Source: Sumerlaeia bacterium | Lineage (GTDB): Bacteria; Sumerlaeota; Sumerlaeia; SLMS01; JAHLLQ01 | Length of the DNA: 64,000 bases | Reading direction: 5' to 3' | Assembly: GCA_040219255.1 (NCBI GenBank) | Contig: JAVJSW010000039.1 | Coordinates: 32,001-96,000, forward strand | Shown: piece by piece, positions 36,791 to 47,200 of the stretch | Numbering within the stretch: position 1 is the first letter of the stretch | Layout: each line of letters starts with the position of its first letter | Position numbers and translations under genes: made by a program | The notes under the pieces: generated by a model | What the model saw: the letters and a program-made list of their open reading frames with translations, nothing else | Database searches by the model: none | Told to the model about the DNA's origin: nothing

Positions 36791-38449
36791 ATGCATGCCC
36801 TGTCCGATTTTTTCCGCGAAACCGAACCGGTCCGCGTGCCCGAATGGTCGCGCGACGCCGTCTGGTATCAGATCATGGTGGAGCGCTTCCGGAACGGCGA
36901 TCCGGGTAACGATCCGCCGGGCGTGATGTCCTGGACTGGCGATCCGCATACGACGGAAGGCCCGCCGCCGCATCAGCGCTGGTACGGCGGCGATCTGGCC
37001 GGGTTGATCGAGGGCCTCGATTACCTGGCCGATCTGGGCGTCACAGCGCTGTACCTGAACCCGATTTTCCAGGCCGGGTCCTACCACAAGTACGACGCCA
37101 TCGATTGGCGCCACGTGGACGATCATTTCGGCGTGGCGGGCGAGTACGCGAAGACCGCCGCCCGCGAAGACCTGCACGATCCAGCGACCTGGCTCTTCAA
37201 CGAGAGCGACCGGATGTTCCTGCGCCTGATCCGCGAAGCCCACGACCGCGGCATCCGCATTATTGTGGACGTGTCGTTCAACCACGTCTCGCAGGCGCAC
37301 CCGGCCTTCAAAGACGTCAAGGAATTCGGCCGGTCGTCGGAATACGCCGATTGGTTCGAGATCGTATGCTGGGACCCCTTCGACTTCGAGGGCTGGGCCG
37401 GGCATAAACACATGCCGGTGTTGCGCAAAGGCCCCGACGGCCCCGCCAGCGCCCGCGCCCGCCAGCACATCTTCGACGTCACGGCCCGATGGACGGCGCC
37501 CTTCGGCGATTCGAGCCAGGGCGTGGACGGCTGGCGGCTGGATGTGGCGAACGAATTCCCGGCCCACTTCTGGGCCGACTGGCGCAACCTGGTGAAGTCC
37601 CTCAATCCCGACGCCGTCATCGTCGGCGAGGTGTGGGACATTTGCGACGAATGGCTCGACGGCCAGACCTTCGACGGCGTGATGAACTATCCCTTCGCCG
37701 AGCTGGGCGTGGCGTTCTTTGGCGGCGGCCGCGATGCGCCTTCCATCGCCGATTTCGACCAGCACACCCGCCTTCTGAGAAACCATTATCACCGTTCCGT
37801 CGCCGAGGGACTCTGGAACCTTTACGACAGCCACGACGTCGACCGGCTGGTGTCGCGGCTCAAGAACCCCGGCTTCCCCTACGCCCGGGCCAACAAGCCG
37901 AGCGCCAACCCGCTGTACAACGATGGCAAGCCGACACCCGAGGACTACGACCGCCTGCTGCTGTCGGCCGTCTATCAGATGACGGCCCTGGGCGCGCCAA
38001 TGATCTATTACGGCACGGAAGTGGGGATGTGGGGCGGCGGCGATCCGGATTGCCGGAAACCGATGATCTGGCGGGATTTGCTGCCCTACGCCAACCCGGA
38101 CGAAAACCGTATCGAGGAGCGAGTCCTGGCGGCCTACAAAGAGCTGATCGGGCTGCGCAAAGCTCATCTCTGCCTGAGCCGGGGGGATTTCCTGACGTTG
38201 CATTGCGGCGCGGGCGACGACACCATTTATGCCTACGCCCGCGCCGGACGGGGCGGCGTGGCGGTGGTGGCGCTGAATGTCGGGAGCGACCCTTGCGAAG
38301 CGAAGTTCCAGCTCCCCGATGGCTTTCCGGGCTGGGCCGACTTCTCTCCGGCGTACGGAATGGCGGCTGAGGACTGGCCGGCCCAAGGTGCGGAAGCCCG
38401 TCTGACCCTGCGACCGCTGCAGGGTGCGATTCTGATTGCGGAGTCATAA
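36791..38449 (+). CDS. GH13 alpha-amylase family, cytoplasmic paralogue
   Basis: WYQIMVERFRNGD, YGGDLAG, HKYD, DVSFNH, DGWRLDVA, VGEVW, DSHD and GAPMIYYG. Confidence 0.93.
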   Translation: MHALSDFFRETEPVRVPEWSRDAVWYQIMVERFRNGDPGNDPPGVMSWTGDPHTTEGPPPHQRWYGGDLAGLIEGLDYLADLGVTALYLNPIFQAGSYHKYDAIDWRHVDDHFGVAGEYAKTAAREDLHDPATWLFNESDRMFLRLIREAHDRGIRIIVDVSFNHVSQAHPAFKDVKEFGRSSEYADWFEIVCWDPFDFEGWAGHKHMPVLRKGPDGPASARARQHIFDVTARWTAPFGDSSQGVDGWRLDVANEFPAHFWADWRNLVKSLNPDAVIVGEVWDICDEWLDGQTFDGVMNYPFAELGVAFFGGGRDAPSIADFDQHTRLLRNHYHRSVAEGLWNLYDSHDVDRLVSRLKNPGFPYARANKPSANPLYNDGKPTPEDYDRLLLSAVYQMTALGAPMIYYGTEVGMWGGGDPDCRKPMIWRDLLPYANPDENRIEERVLAAYKELIGLRKAHLCLSRGDFLTLHCGAGDDTIYAYARAGRGGVAVVALNVGSDPCEAKFQLPDGFPGWADFSPAYGMAAEDWPAQGAEARLTLRPLQGAILIAES

Positions 38450-38454
38450 ATTTT

Positions 38455-38477
38455 GTGACGAAATAACAAATCGTCAC
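38455..38477. promoter_or_regulatory. Inverted repeat with AT-rich spacer upstream of the LRR gene
   Basis: GTGACGA-AATAACAAA-TCGTCAC fills most of the 44-bp intergenic gap. Confidence 0.4.
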
Positions 38478-38493
38478 GAAGGGTCCGCCTCCC

Positions 38494-40365
38494 ATGCCTT
38501 TACTTCGCCGCGATTTGCTCACCCCCGTCTGCCTCCTTCTGGGGGCGGTCATGGCTCCACTGGGCACGTCCGCGCAGGATGGGCCTGGGACCGAACAGCC
38601 AGGCGCTGTCGTTTCCCCGGCCACGGCGGCGACCACCTCCGTGCTGCATTTTCCGACGTCCTTTTCGATGGGGTTGCTTCTGACGCGCCCGAAGGATGAT
38701 CCCACGGCACCCTGGACCGAGTTGTCGGTGGCGCGGGGCAAAGTGGCCGTTCCGCCGGAGTCGGCTCTTCGGCTGGAGGTGAACGCCGAGGGCGCGGCGA
38801 ATTTGTGGGCGCTGGCGGACATTCCGCCGATCACGGTGACGTCGCTCGATCTCTCGCTGCGAACGGTCGAGGCGGGCTCGCTGGGTTATCTGACGGGAAT
38901 GGCCGGGTTGGAAGAGCTGGACCTGAGCGAAACGCGGCTGGGCCGGCGCTCGCTGGAGCCACTTCGTCAATTCCGGAAACTGAAACGGCTGGACTTGCGG
39001 CGAACGAATATCGGCGATGACGATGTGGCGCCCCTGGCCCAGTTGGGCGAACTGGAGCATCTGGCCCTGCCCCACGGGGTGGGAGAAACGGGTCTGCGGC
39101 GATTGCGGGGATTGCGCAATCTGGTGTCGCTGGACCTGTCGAACACGCGGATTTCGGACGGGGGCCTCAAAGCCCTGCAAGCCTTCCCCCATCTGCGCGA
39201 GTTGCGACTGCCCTCGGAGTCCGGCGACGAAGGCCTGCAAGTCCTCGCGTCCCTCCCCCGCCTCGAGCACCTGGAGCTGACCAATACGCAGATCACGAGC
39301 GAGGGACTGGTGGCGATTTCAGAGTTGAAGTATCTGCGGACGCTGGCGCTGCCTTCACGCATCGGCGACGAAGGACTGGCCCATCTGGGGGGCTTGACGG
39401 CTCTGGAGGACCTGGACATTTCGCGGTCGCTGGTCACCGGCAGCGGGCTGGTTCATCTGGGCGGGTTGCCCAACCTGAGGAAACTCAACCTGTCGCGGAC
39501 GCGGGCCCGGGCGGTGACGCTGACGCCGCTGGCGGACTTGAAGGAGATCGAAGTCCTGGATCTGTCCCGCAACCAGATCGGCAACAGCACGCTCGATCTG
39601 ATCGTCCAACTGCCCCATCTGCGGGCACTGGACCTCGACCGCACGAATATCGACAGTTCGGGCATCGAGCAACTGGCTGGGCTGCCGCGACTGGAATTCC
39701 TCAACCTGTCGCATACCCGGGTCAACGATCTGGCGGCGCCGGCCTTGGCGAAAATCGATGGTCTCCGTTACCTGGGGCTCAATTCCACGGCGTTCAGCGA
39801 CGGCGGCATCGAGAGCCTGGCGGTTTTGCCGCATCTGGAAGAACTGCGTATGGCCGACACGCTGGTCAGCGATCTGGGCATCCGGCCACTGCGCCAAATG
39901 ACTTCGCTGCGGGTCCTCGACCTCTCCGACACGCAGGTCGGCAGCGGTATGGTGGAATTGCTCGAGCCTCTGAAGGACCGGCTGACGGAGCTTTATCTCT
40001 CCGATGTGCGATTGGATGCGCCGGCCGCTTCGAAGCTGGGCCAGTTCCATCAGCTTCGGCGCCTGGACCTCTTCGGCATCGACGTCGATGACGCGGCGGC
40101 GAAGAATCTCGCGGCGCTCCCCCACCTGGAGGCGTTGACGCTGAGCGCCCCCCGCTTGGGGCCAGATGGGCTGCGGGCCCTCGCCGCCATGGATTCGCTG
40201 AGGCAGCTCGGGCTCTTCGACGTCATCATGAACGCGCACGTGCAAGACATTCTGGCCCGCATGGATTCGCTGCGGCAACTGACGGTCAGTACCCGCCACA
40301 CCACCGAGGCGCGGCTCGATTCGATGCGAGCAGCGATGCCGAACTGCCAGATCGCGACGCGATAG
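38494..40365 (+). CDS. Secreted leucine-rich repeat protein
   Basis: Signal-like N-terminus followed by many LxxLxLxxTxIxDxGLxxL repeats of about 24 aa; ends ...AAMPNCQI. Confidence 0.92.
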   Translation: MPLLRRDLLTPVCLLLGAVMAPLGTSAQDGPGTEQPGAVVSPATAATTSVLHFPTSFSMGLLLTRPKDDPTAPWTELSVARGKVAVPPESALRLEVNAEGAANLWALADIPPITVTSLDLSLRTVEAGSLGYLTGMAGLEELDLSETRLGRRSLEPLRQFRKLKRLDLRRTNIGDDDVAPLAQLGELEHLALPHGVGETGLRRLRGLRNLVSLDLSNTRISDGGLKALQAFPHLRELRLPSESGDEGLQVLASLPRLEHLELTNTQITSEGLVAISELKYLRTLALPSRIGDEGLAHLGGLTALEDLDISRSLVTGSGLVHLGGLPNLRKLNLSRTRARAVTLTPLADLKEIEVLDLSRNQIGNSTLDLIVQLPHLRALDLDRTNIDSSGIEQLAGLPRLEFLNLSHTRVNDLAAPALAKIDGLRYLGLNSTAFSDGGIESLAVLPHLEELRMADTLVSDLGIRPLRQMTSLRVLDLSDTQVGSGMVELLEPLKDRLTELYLSDVRLDAPAASKLGQFHQLRRLDLFGIDVDDAAAKNLAALPHLEALTLSAPRLGPDGLRALAAMDSLRQLGLFDVIMNAHVQDILARMDSLRQLTVSTRHTTEARLDSMRAAMPNCQIATR

Positions 40366-40441
40366 GGGCGACTCCGCCCTTGAGCTGGCGAGTCCGTGTG
40401 CGCTCTCGTGGGAGGATGAAATCCGCCCACGGGGTTCCTCT

Positions 40442-41323
40442 ATGCCCGCCGCCCAAGGCCTTCTGAGAAAAACGTCCGTCTTCCTGGAGATGATCAAGTT
40501 CTCCCACTCGGTTTTCGCCCTGCCCTTCGCCTTGCTGGCGATGCTGGTGGCGGCGGGGGGTTGGCCGGGGCCGGCCACGGTGGCGCTGATTCTGGTGGCG
40601 GTGGTCGGAGCCCGCACCGCGGCGATGTGTTTCAACCGCATAGCCGACCGAGATGTCGACGCGGAGAATCCCCGGACGGCGAATCGCGCCCTCGTCACCG
40701 GCGAGTTGGACACACGCTTCGCCTGGGTGGCGCTTGCGGTGTCGCTAGCGGTTTTCTACGTGGCGGCGGGGTTGCTGAACCCGCTTTGCCTGCTCCTCGC
40801 CACGCCGTGTATGGCGGTGCTGCTGGGCTATAGTTGGATGAAGCGCGTGACGGACTACTCGCACTTCGTGTTGGGGGCGGCGCTGGGGCTGGCGCCGATC
40901 GGGGCCTGGGTCGCGGTGCGGGGCGAGCTGGCTTGGTTCCCGGCGCTCCTGGGTCTGGCGGTGACCCTGTGGGTGGCGGGGTTCGATGTGCTCTATTCCT
41001 GTCAGGACTACGACTACGACCGCGAGGCGGAGGGCCTCCACTCGATCCCGAAACGGCTGGGCCTGGCGGGGGCCATGGCGTTCGCGCGGCGGCTCCACGG
41101 GGTCGCGCTGCTGGCGTTCGTGGGCGTTTGGGCTTTGGGGATGCCGATGCTGGGGGCGCTGACGCTGGCGGGCGTCGCGGTGGTGGGGGTGCTTCTGATT
41201 TACCAGCACAGCCTCGTCTCGCCGTCCGATCTCTCGCGCATCGATGCGGCTTTTTTCACGACGAATGGGATGATCAGCCTGGGCCTGTTCCTGATCGTCT
41301 GGGCCGATGTGGCGTTGGGCTGA
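40442..41323 (+). CDS. UbiA-like polyprenyltransferase (MqnP type)
   Basis: IKFSHSVFALPFA, ARTAAMCFNRIADRDVDAENPRTANR, GFDVLYSCQD and AFFTTNG. Confidence 0.92.
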   Translation: MPAAQGLLRKTSVFLEMIKFSHSVFALPFALLAMLVAAGGWPGPATVALILVAVVGARTAAMCFNRIADRDVDAENPRTANRALVTGELDTRFAWVALAVSLAVFYVAAGLLNPLCLLLATPCMAVLLGYSWMKRVTDYSHFVLGAALGLAPIGAWVAVRGELAWFPALLGLAVTLWVAGFDVLYSCQDYDYDREAEGLHSIPKRLGLAGAMAFARRLHGVALLAFVGVWALGMPMLGALTLAGVAVVGVLLIYQHSLVSPSDLSRIDAAFFTTNGMISLGLFLIVWADVALG

Positions 41324-41329
41324 GGCGGC

Positions 41330-43996
41330 TCAGAATGTGAGTTTCGGCACCGCCGCGCTGCTGTTGATGGTGCGGGGAGGCGCGACGGCTTCGTGCAACT
41401 GATCCCGCAACCGCGCCCCCGATTGGTTCAGGTTCAGCGGGTTTTTCTCCCAATCGCAGACGTGCAGCGACAGCACCGCGTGGTAGCTGTCGAGCTCGAA
41501 CCGACCCCGCAAGGTCTGGATTTGCGATTGGTCCAGGGTGGAGAGGACGGCCCGAAGGAAATCGGGGAAGGTGGGCGCGGTGACTTGCACCACGGTGCTG
41601 CGTTCGGCGCCGCGATGAGGGGCCAGTTCGACCTCGATGGGGCGGGCCATCAGGCGCGACAGCGAGATGGGTTCGCGCCGCGAGGGGTCCATCGGCCGCC
41701 ATTGGGGAATGCTGCCGCCGCGAATGTATCGGCCGACCTGCTCGAAGGCGGCGGACAGGCGCCGGGCCGTTTCGCTCTCGTCCCCGGGCCGCGACACGTG
41801 GAAGACATCCACCGCCTCGCCGGTGCCGGTGCCGAAGGCGTGGAAGGCGTTGATCTCGACATCCGCCTCGGCCAGGGCGCAGCAGACCTGATAGAGCAAC
41901 CCCGAGCAATCCTTGGCCACCAGATGGACAATGGCCGCGCCGGCGGCGGCTTCATCGGCCCGCAGTTCCCACGCGACCGGTTGCTCTGGAGAGAGACGGT
42001 TCATCAGCGCGAGATGGCGCGCCACGTGGGGTTCGGGGGTGATTACCCGATAGGCCTCGGGCAGGAGGCCCAGAAACCGCACCACGTCTCCCCCGCCGAG
42101 CGTGGGCACCGGCGCGTTGTCGCCACTCGCCGTTTGCCGCACCGCACCGAGAACTCGCACGACCATGGAGTGGCGCAGGTCCGACGGTTCCTCGATTCCG
42201 AGGCGTTTGCGGATCACCGCGGCGGCGTTTTCGTAGAGGTTCGCCAGCAGGGAGCCGCGCCACTCGTTCCAGGAAACCGTCGAGACCGAGCGGATGTCGC
42301 AAACCGTCAGAACGTAAAGCATCCTCAACAGTTCGGGATGACGGATGTCGTCGGCCAGTTCCTCGGCCACGCCGGGATCGTCCGGGTCCTGCTTGAGAGC
42401 GATGTGGCTCATGCGGTGATGATGGAGGACCAGGGCGCGCAGCAGTTCGATTTCCCGGGACCGGAGGCCGATGCGCAGCCCCGCTTCTTCGATCAAGCGG
42501 GCGCCGCGAAAGACATGGCCGCGGCCTTCGCCCTTGCCCGTGTCGTGCAGCAGCGCCGCGAACACCAGCAGATCGGGCCTCAGAATTTCCTGGCAGATTT
42601 TCGCCGCGTGGCTGCCGGCCAGCGCCGACACTGGATCGCGGAGCGCCATGGCCGTCTCGACGCAGCGCAGCATGTGTTCGTCGAGGGCGAATTGGTGGTA
42701 GTGGTCGATGCGGGGCAGGTGGCGCACGAGGGCGAATTCGGGCAGGTAGCGCTCGAGAAACCCGATTTCGTGCATCAGGCGGAGCGTTCGCGCTCCCTGG
42801 CGGCAATCGTTCAGAATGGCGAAAAAGGCGCGCCGGTTTTCATCGGTGGCCAGGGCGGCCGGATTGGCCTGGGCGGCGGTGGCGGCTTCGAGCCGTTCGC
42901 GCGAAGCCTCGTCCAGTTCCAGGCCAAAACGGCCGAGGGCGGCGAACAGCGGCATGACCCAGGAGCGGTCGCCGGCCGGGCAGGGGGCTTCGTCCTCGGA
43001 TAGCACCAGGACCTTTCCCCGCACCGGAAAACCCGTCCCGCGATAGGTCAGCGGCGCGTCGCTCCGGGGGGCCTCGCCGGTCAGCTTGGCCCGCACCCGG
43101 GACAGCGCGCCGTCGACCGCCGAAGCGTGGCGAAAGTAGTCGCGCATCAACTGCTCCTCGGGCAGGGAGGACTCCGAGTCGGTGTAGCCGAGGCTGGCGG
43201 AGAGGCGCATTTGATAAGTGAATTTCAATTGGTCGCCGGGCGCGTAGATCGTCTCGTGCAGAACCGAGCGCATATCGCGGAGGGCGGCGGTGGCTTGAAG
43301 CAGGGCCATTTCCTGGCCGCGGGGAATCAGCCCGGCGGAAACCAGGGCGGACATCGCCTTGGTTCCGTGGAGAATCCAAGTCAGGTCCTCGAGCGCTTCG
43401 CCATCGGCGACGGCCCCCGGCGACGCGAGCAGATCGGGTTCGAGAAGGAAGACCGTCGCGCCGGCGTTCGCTTTGCGTTCCGCGGCCTCGGCCAGCACCT
43501 CGCGCAGGAGGCTCTCGCGAAGGCGCTCGCGGGCGTTCTCGCGTGCCGCCAAGGCCCGACGCGTCAGCGTTTCGCTGCCCCAAAGCTCCTCCGCCCCGGC
43601 CAGCGCGAGCACGAGGGCCGGTGAAGCGGTAAAGGCTTGTTCGAGTTCCGGGACCGCGAAGAAGAGCGGCCGGACCTCGCGCAGCCGCCGTTGAAAAACC
43701 GTCTCGGCGTGCCGGACGGCGCTGGCGGGAAGTGGTTCGGCCGTCAGCACCGCCACCATGGGAGCGTTCCAGCGGACCATCCGCCGGTTGGCGAGGGCTG
43801 CGAAGCTGATGACCGCCGCTCCGCCCTGGGCGAGACCGGCCTCGTCCGCCACGCCTGGCAATTCCACCCGGAGCGCCGTGTTCAGGTGGCCGTGGAATGT
43901 CTCGCGCTGTTCCTGACGCGAATAGCCCGAGCCGCGGGCAAAGTGCGTGTCGCGCAATTCGGAAAGAACCTGGGAAAAAGTTCGGCCGTCGGGCAT
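41330..43996 (-). CDS. GlnD-like protein (degenerate nucleotidyltransferase, HD domain, two ACT domains); start uncertain
   Basis: EQLMRDYFRHA, GFLERYLPEF, HQFALDEH, ALLHDTGKG, LYVLTVCDI..V...WNEWRGSLL and two ACT-like domains. The GGYGR/SDxD motif is absent. Confidence 0.82.
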   Translation of the reverse strand: MPDGRTFSQVLSELRDTHFARGSGYSRQEQRETFHGHLNTALRVELPGVADEAGLAQGGAAVISFAALANRRMVRWNAPMVAVLTAEPLPASAVRHAETVFQRRLREVRPLFFAVPELEQAFTASPALVLALAGAEELWGSETLTRRALAARENARERLRESLLREVLAEAAERKANAGATVFLLEPDLLASPGAVADGEALEDLTWILHGTKAMSALVSAGLIPRGQEMALLQATAALRDMRSVLHETIYAPGDQLKFTYQMRLSASLGYTDSESSLPEEQLMRDYFRHASAVDGALSRVRAKLTGEAPRSDAPLTYRGTGFPVRGKVLVLSEDEAPCPAGDRSWVMPLFAALGRFGLELDEASRERLEAATAAQANPAALATDENRRAFFAILNDCRQGARTLRLMHEIGFLERYLPEFALVRHLPRIDHYHQFALDEHMLRCVETAMALRDPVSALAGSHAAKICQEILRPDLLVFAALLHDTGKGEGRGHVFRGARLIEEAGLRIGLRSREIELLRALVLHHHRMSHIALKQDPDDPGVAEELADDIRHPELLRMLYVLTVCDIRSVSTVSWNEWRGSLLANLYENAAAVIRKRLGIEEPSDLRHSMVVRVLGAVRQTASGDNAPVPTLGGGDVVRFLGLLPEAYRVITPEPHVARHLALMNRLSPEQPVAWELRADEAAAGAAIVHLVAKDCSGLLYQVCCALAEADVEINAFHAFGTGTGEAVDVFHVSRPGDESETARRLSAAFEQVGRYIRGGSIPQWRPMDPSRREPISLSRLMARPIEVELAPHRGAERSTVVQVTAPTFPDFLRAVLSTLDQSQIQTLRGRFELDSYHAVLSLHVCDWEKNPLNLNQSGARLRDQLHEAVAPPRTINSSAAVPKLTF

Positions 43997-44269
43997 GGCG
44001 AAGGGCGGGGGCCTTCCTCGGTGAAGTCCTTCATCCACGGCGGCGGCGGGAAATTGTGCAACGCGCCCTTGTACCATAGCGCTCCAAATCCCGAATCCTT
44101 TGTCGTTCCAAGGCGGATTCGGGGTTTTGGTGGACTGGGTTATTCGAAAATTTATCCCACGGGCAATGCCTCTGAAAACAGTTTGGCCGCCCCCTATCGG
44201 CGAAACGGGGCGGCCAGGGTTGGTCATGATGTGAGGGGTGAAGCCCTCAGGCGATTGTCCGTTTGGCGA

Positions 44270-47200
44270 TCACTCGAAGCACAACTCCATGCCATAGGTC
44301 GTGGTCGTGCCGGTGCCGGCGAGCGGATTGTCGCCCGCGCTCTGGAAGCCCCCCTCGAGTGTGCCGTTCACAACCGGGAACGGAGCCGGGGCGCTGCTCG
44401 CGGTGTAGAAGTAGCGCACTTGCTCGCCAACGGGCCAGCGGGCGCCAGCGACGTAGTACTGACCCGGCAGAAGCGCCACGTTCGGCGCGGCGTCCGGCCC
44501 GTAGAAAAGGCGCCCCTGATCGATGGTTTTGGTCTCGGCCACGACTTCGGTCCAGGGCCCGGCGGAGGTCGGCCCGCTGAGGACGAAGAAGGTGACATTG
44601 GCGGTGAGATCGAAGAGTGGAACCAGGTCCATGCGGAAATCGCTGAGCGTTTTCGCCTCGTTCACGGTGAACATGGCGCCGCGGGCGAGGTTTTCGTCGT
44701 TGGCTTTCGTGGCGCCGGGGACGGTCTCGCAGACCTCGGGTGCGGGCGGGGTCACTTCGCCAAGGATTTCGATGGTGAAGTTATCCCAAATCATGCGTCC
44801 GTAGCCGTTCTGAGAGTAGAACGTGTCGAGGTGCGAAATCTGGGGCAATCCACCGATGTAGGTGTCGTCGGGGTCATCGTAGGTCGCCAGGGTGTAGAAT
44901 TGGGGCGCGCCCTCGGGCTTCACTTCCCAGGTTACTTTGCCGGCGAGGAAGGTCATCCGCAGCGTCATCCAGGCGCCATGGGGACCGTCGGCTCCGGAGC
45001 CGGTGCGATAAGGGGGATTGGTGAAGATGTAATCCAGGAACCAGCGGGGCTCTGTGGCGTAGGGGTCGGGAGGCAAGGCGAGGCCGTCGCTGAGGACCGT
45101 CAGGTTCGGATCGCCCCAGGCAAAGTCCCCGAGCGCCGGATCGAGGCCCGGGTCCATCATGAAAGGATCGCCCTCGTAGAACACGATGTCGCGAATCGCC
45201 GCGCCGTAGTCGGTGTTGATGAAGCCAAAGTAGCCATCGGTGATTGGGGTGAAATCGCCATAGTATCCCTGATAGACATTGGGGAAGGCGGCACCGCTGT
45301 GGTTGATGCCAAGACCGAAGTGCTCTGTCGGCCCATTGAAACCGATCAGCGGCAACAGATCGACAGTGAACCGATGATCGCCCAGAATCGGCGTCAGGTT
45401 CGGGTAGATCGCCAGCGCCATCCGGTTGGCCAAGCCACCAAAGGTGGGATTCGCAAAGGTCACCAGACCATGGGTCGGCAAGTCGCTTCCCTGCGAGCTT
45501 GGGGCTTCGCCGACAAAGGGATAGCCGGCGGCGTTTTCGTTGATGATCGAGCCGTAGTCGAAACCATAGGCCGTGTCGTAGTTGGCCGGATAGGAGGTCG
45601 AGTCGACCACTTCGGTGTATTGAGCGGAGGTGTTGGTATTGAAGGCGTCCGCAAAGAGAACGTTCCAGTCTTCTTCTGCCGGTCCACCGGGGCCGCCGGG
45701 CTCGCTGAGGCAAAGCTCAACGCCGTAGGTCGTGGTGGAAGAAACGCCGCCGAGCGGATCGCTGGTGCTGCTCTGGAAGCCGCCCGCCACGGTGCCATTG
45801 ACTGTGGGGAAGGCGAAGGGCGCAGCGTTCGAAGTGTAGAAGTAGCGCACATTGTTGCCAGTCGTCCATCCGGCGCCGGCGGCGTAGAATGTCCCAGGCT
45901 GGAGAGGCAGGCTGACAGTTCCGGAGTTGTAGAAGAGCCGGCCGCTGTCGATGTTATAGGGCTGCTGGAATTCGATGGACCAGGGCCCTGCGTCTGACGG
46001 TCCGCTGAGAACGTAGAATGTCACGTCCGCCGGGATACCGCCGAGTGGTACCAGGTCCATCGAGAACTCATCGAGGATGTAGTCTTGGTTCACGGTGAAG
46101 GTGGCCCCGCGAACCAGGTTCTCGGAGTTGGCTTTCAGGGCCCCGGGAATCGTTTCGCAGACCTGGACGCCCGGTTCGTCGGGAGTTCCGCCGACGGTGA
46201 CGTCGAAACCTTCGACCGTCCCCATGGGGGGTGAGCCATCGTCTGTGACGTGGACGACGAAGGTGTATGACGATTCGCACTGGAACGGCGCAATCGGGGT
46301 CCACTGAATCTGGCCATTGGACGCCCCGATGGTCGCCCCCAGAGGCGCGGCAAGGAATGAGTAGGTGAGCGTGTCCTCAGGATCGGGATCGGTGGCAAAG
46401 GCGCTCAATTGAAGGGTCTCGTCGCAATCGATGGCCTGATCGGCGATGGGGTCGAGGCTCGGCGGCAGGTTCGGGCGCCCGACTTCGACGTAGAACGTCT
46501 CCGTCGCCGACAGCGGCGGCACGCCATCGTCGGTGACTCGGAAAGCGAACTCGTAGGTCGTCTCGCATTGGGCGGGGTTGGCGGGGGTCCACTGGATATA
46601 GCCGGACACCGGATCGACGAAAGCACCCGATGGGGCCGAGTCGAGGGAGAAGGTGAGACTGTCTCCCGGGTCCGGATCGGAGGCGTTCACGTAGATGCTG
46701 AAGAATTCGCCGCAACCCGCGCTGAAAGTCCCGGTGGGTCCGGTGATGAGCGGCGGGTTGTTGGCCGGCGCGGAACCGGTCGAGAAGCACAACTCCATGC
46801 CATAGGTCGTCGTGGTGGAGCCGCCCAGGAGAGGATCGGAGGAGGCGGATTGGAAGCCACTCTCCAAGACGCCGTTCATTTCCACGAAGGTCGCGGGGGC
46901 GGAGTTGGTCGTGTAGAAGAACCGCACCTGCTCGGTCGCGTCCCAGGCCACGCCCGCGACATAGAAGAACCCGGGCGAGAGCGATAGGTTGACATCGCCG
47001 GAGGGATAGAAGACGCGGCCGCTGTCGATGAAACTGGTCTGCTGGAATTCCACGCTCCAGGGACCGTTCGGCGACGGGCCGCTGAGCACGAAGAATTCGA
47101 CGTTGGCTTCCAGATCGAAGAGCGGAACCAGGTCCATGGAGAAATCGGTCAGCGTCGCCGTTTCTCCCACAGAGAAAATGGTTCCCCGGGCGAGGTCGGG

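Noticed and set aside
34979-38386. 1135-aa ORF on the - strand
   Set aside because: Antisense to the well-supported VKOR and GH13 genes; low-complexity Arg/His-rich translation.
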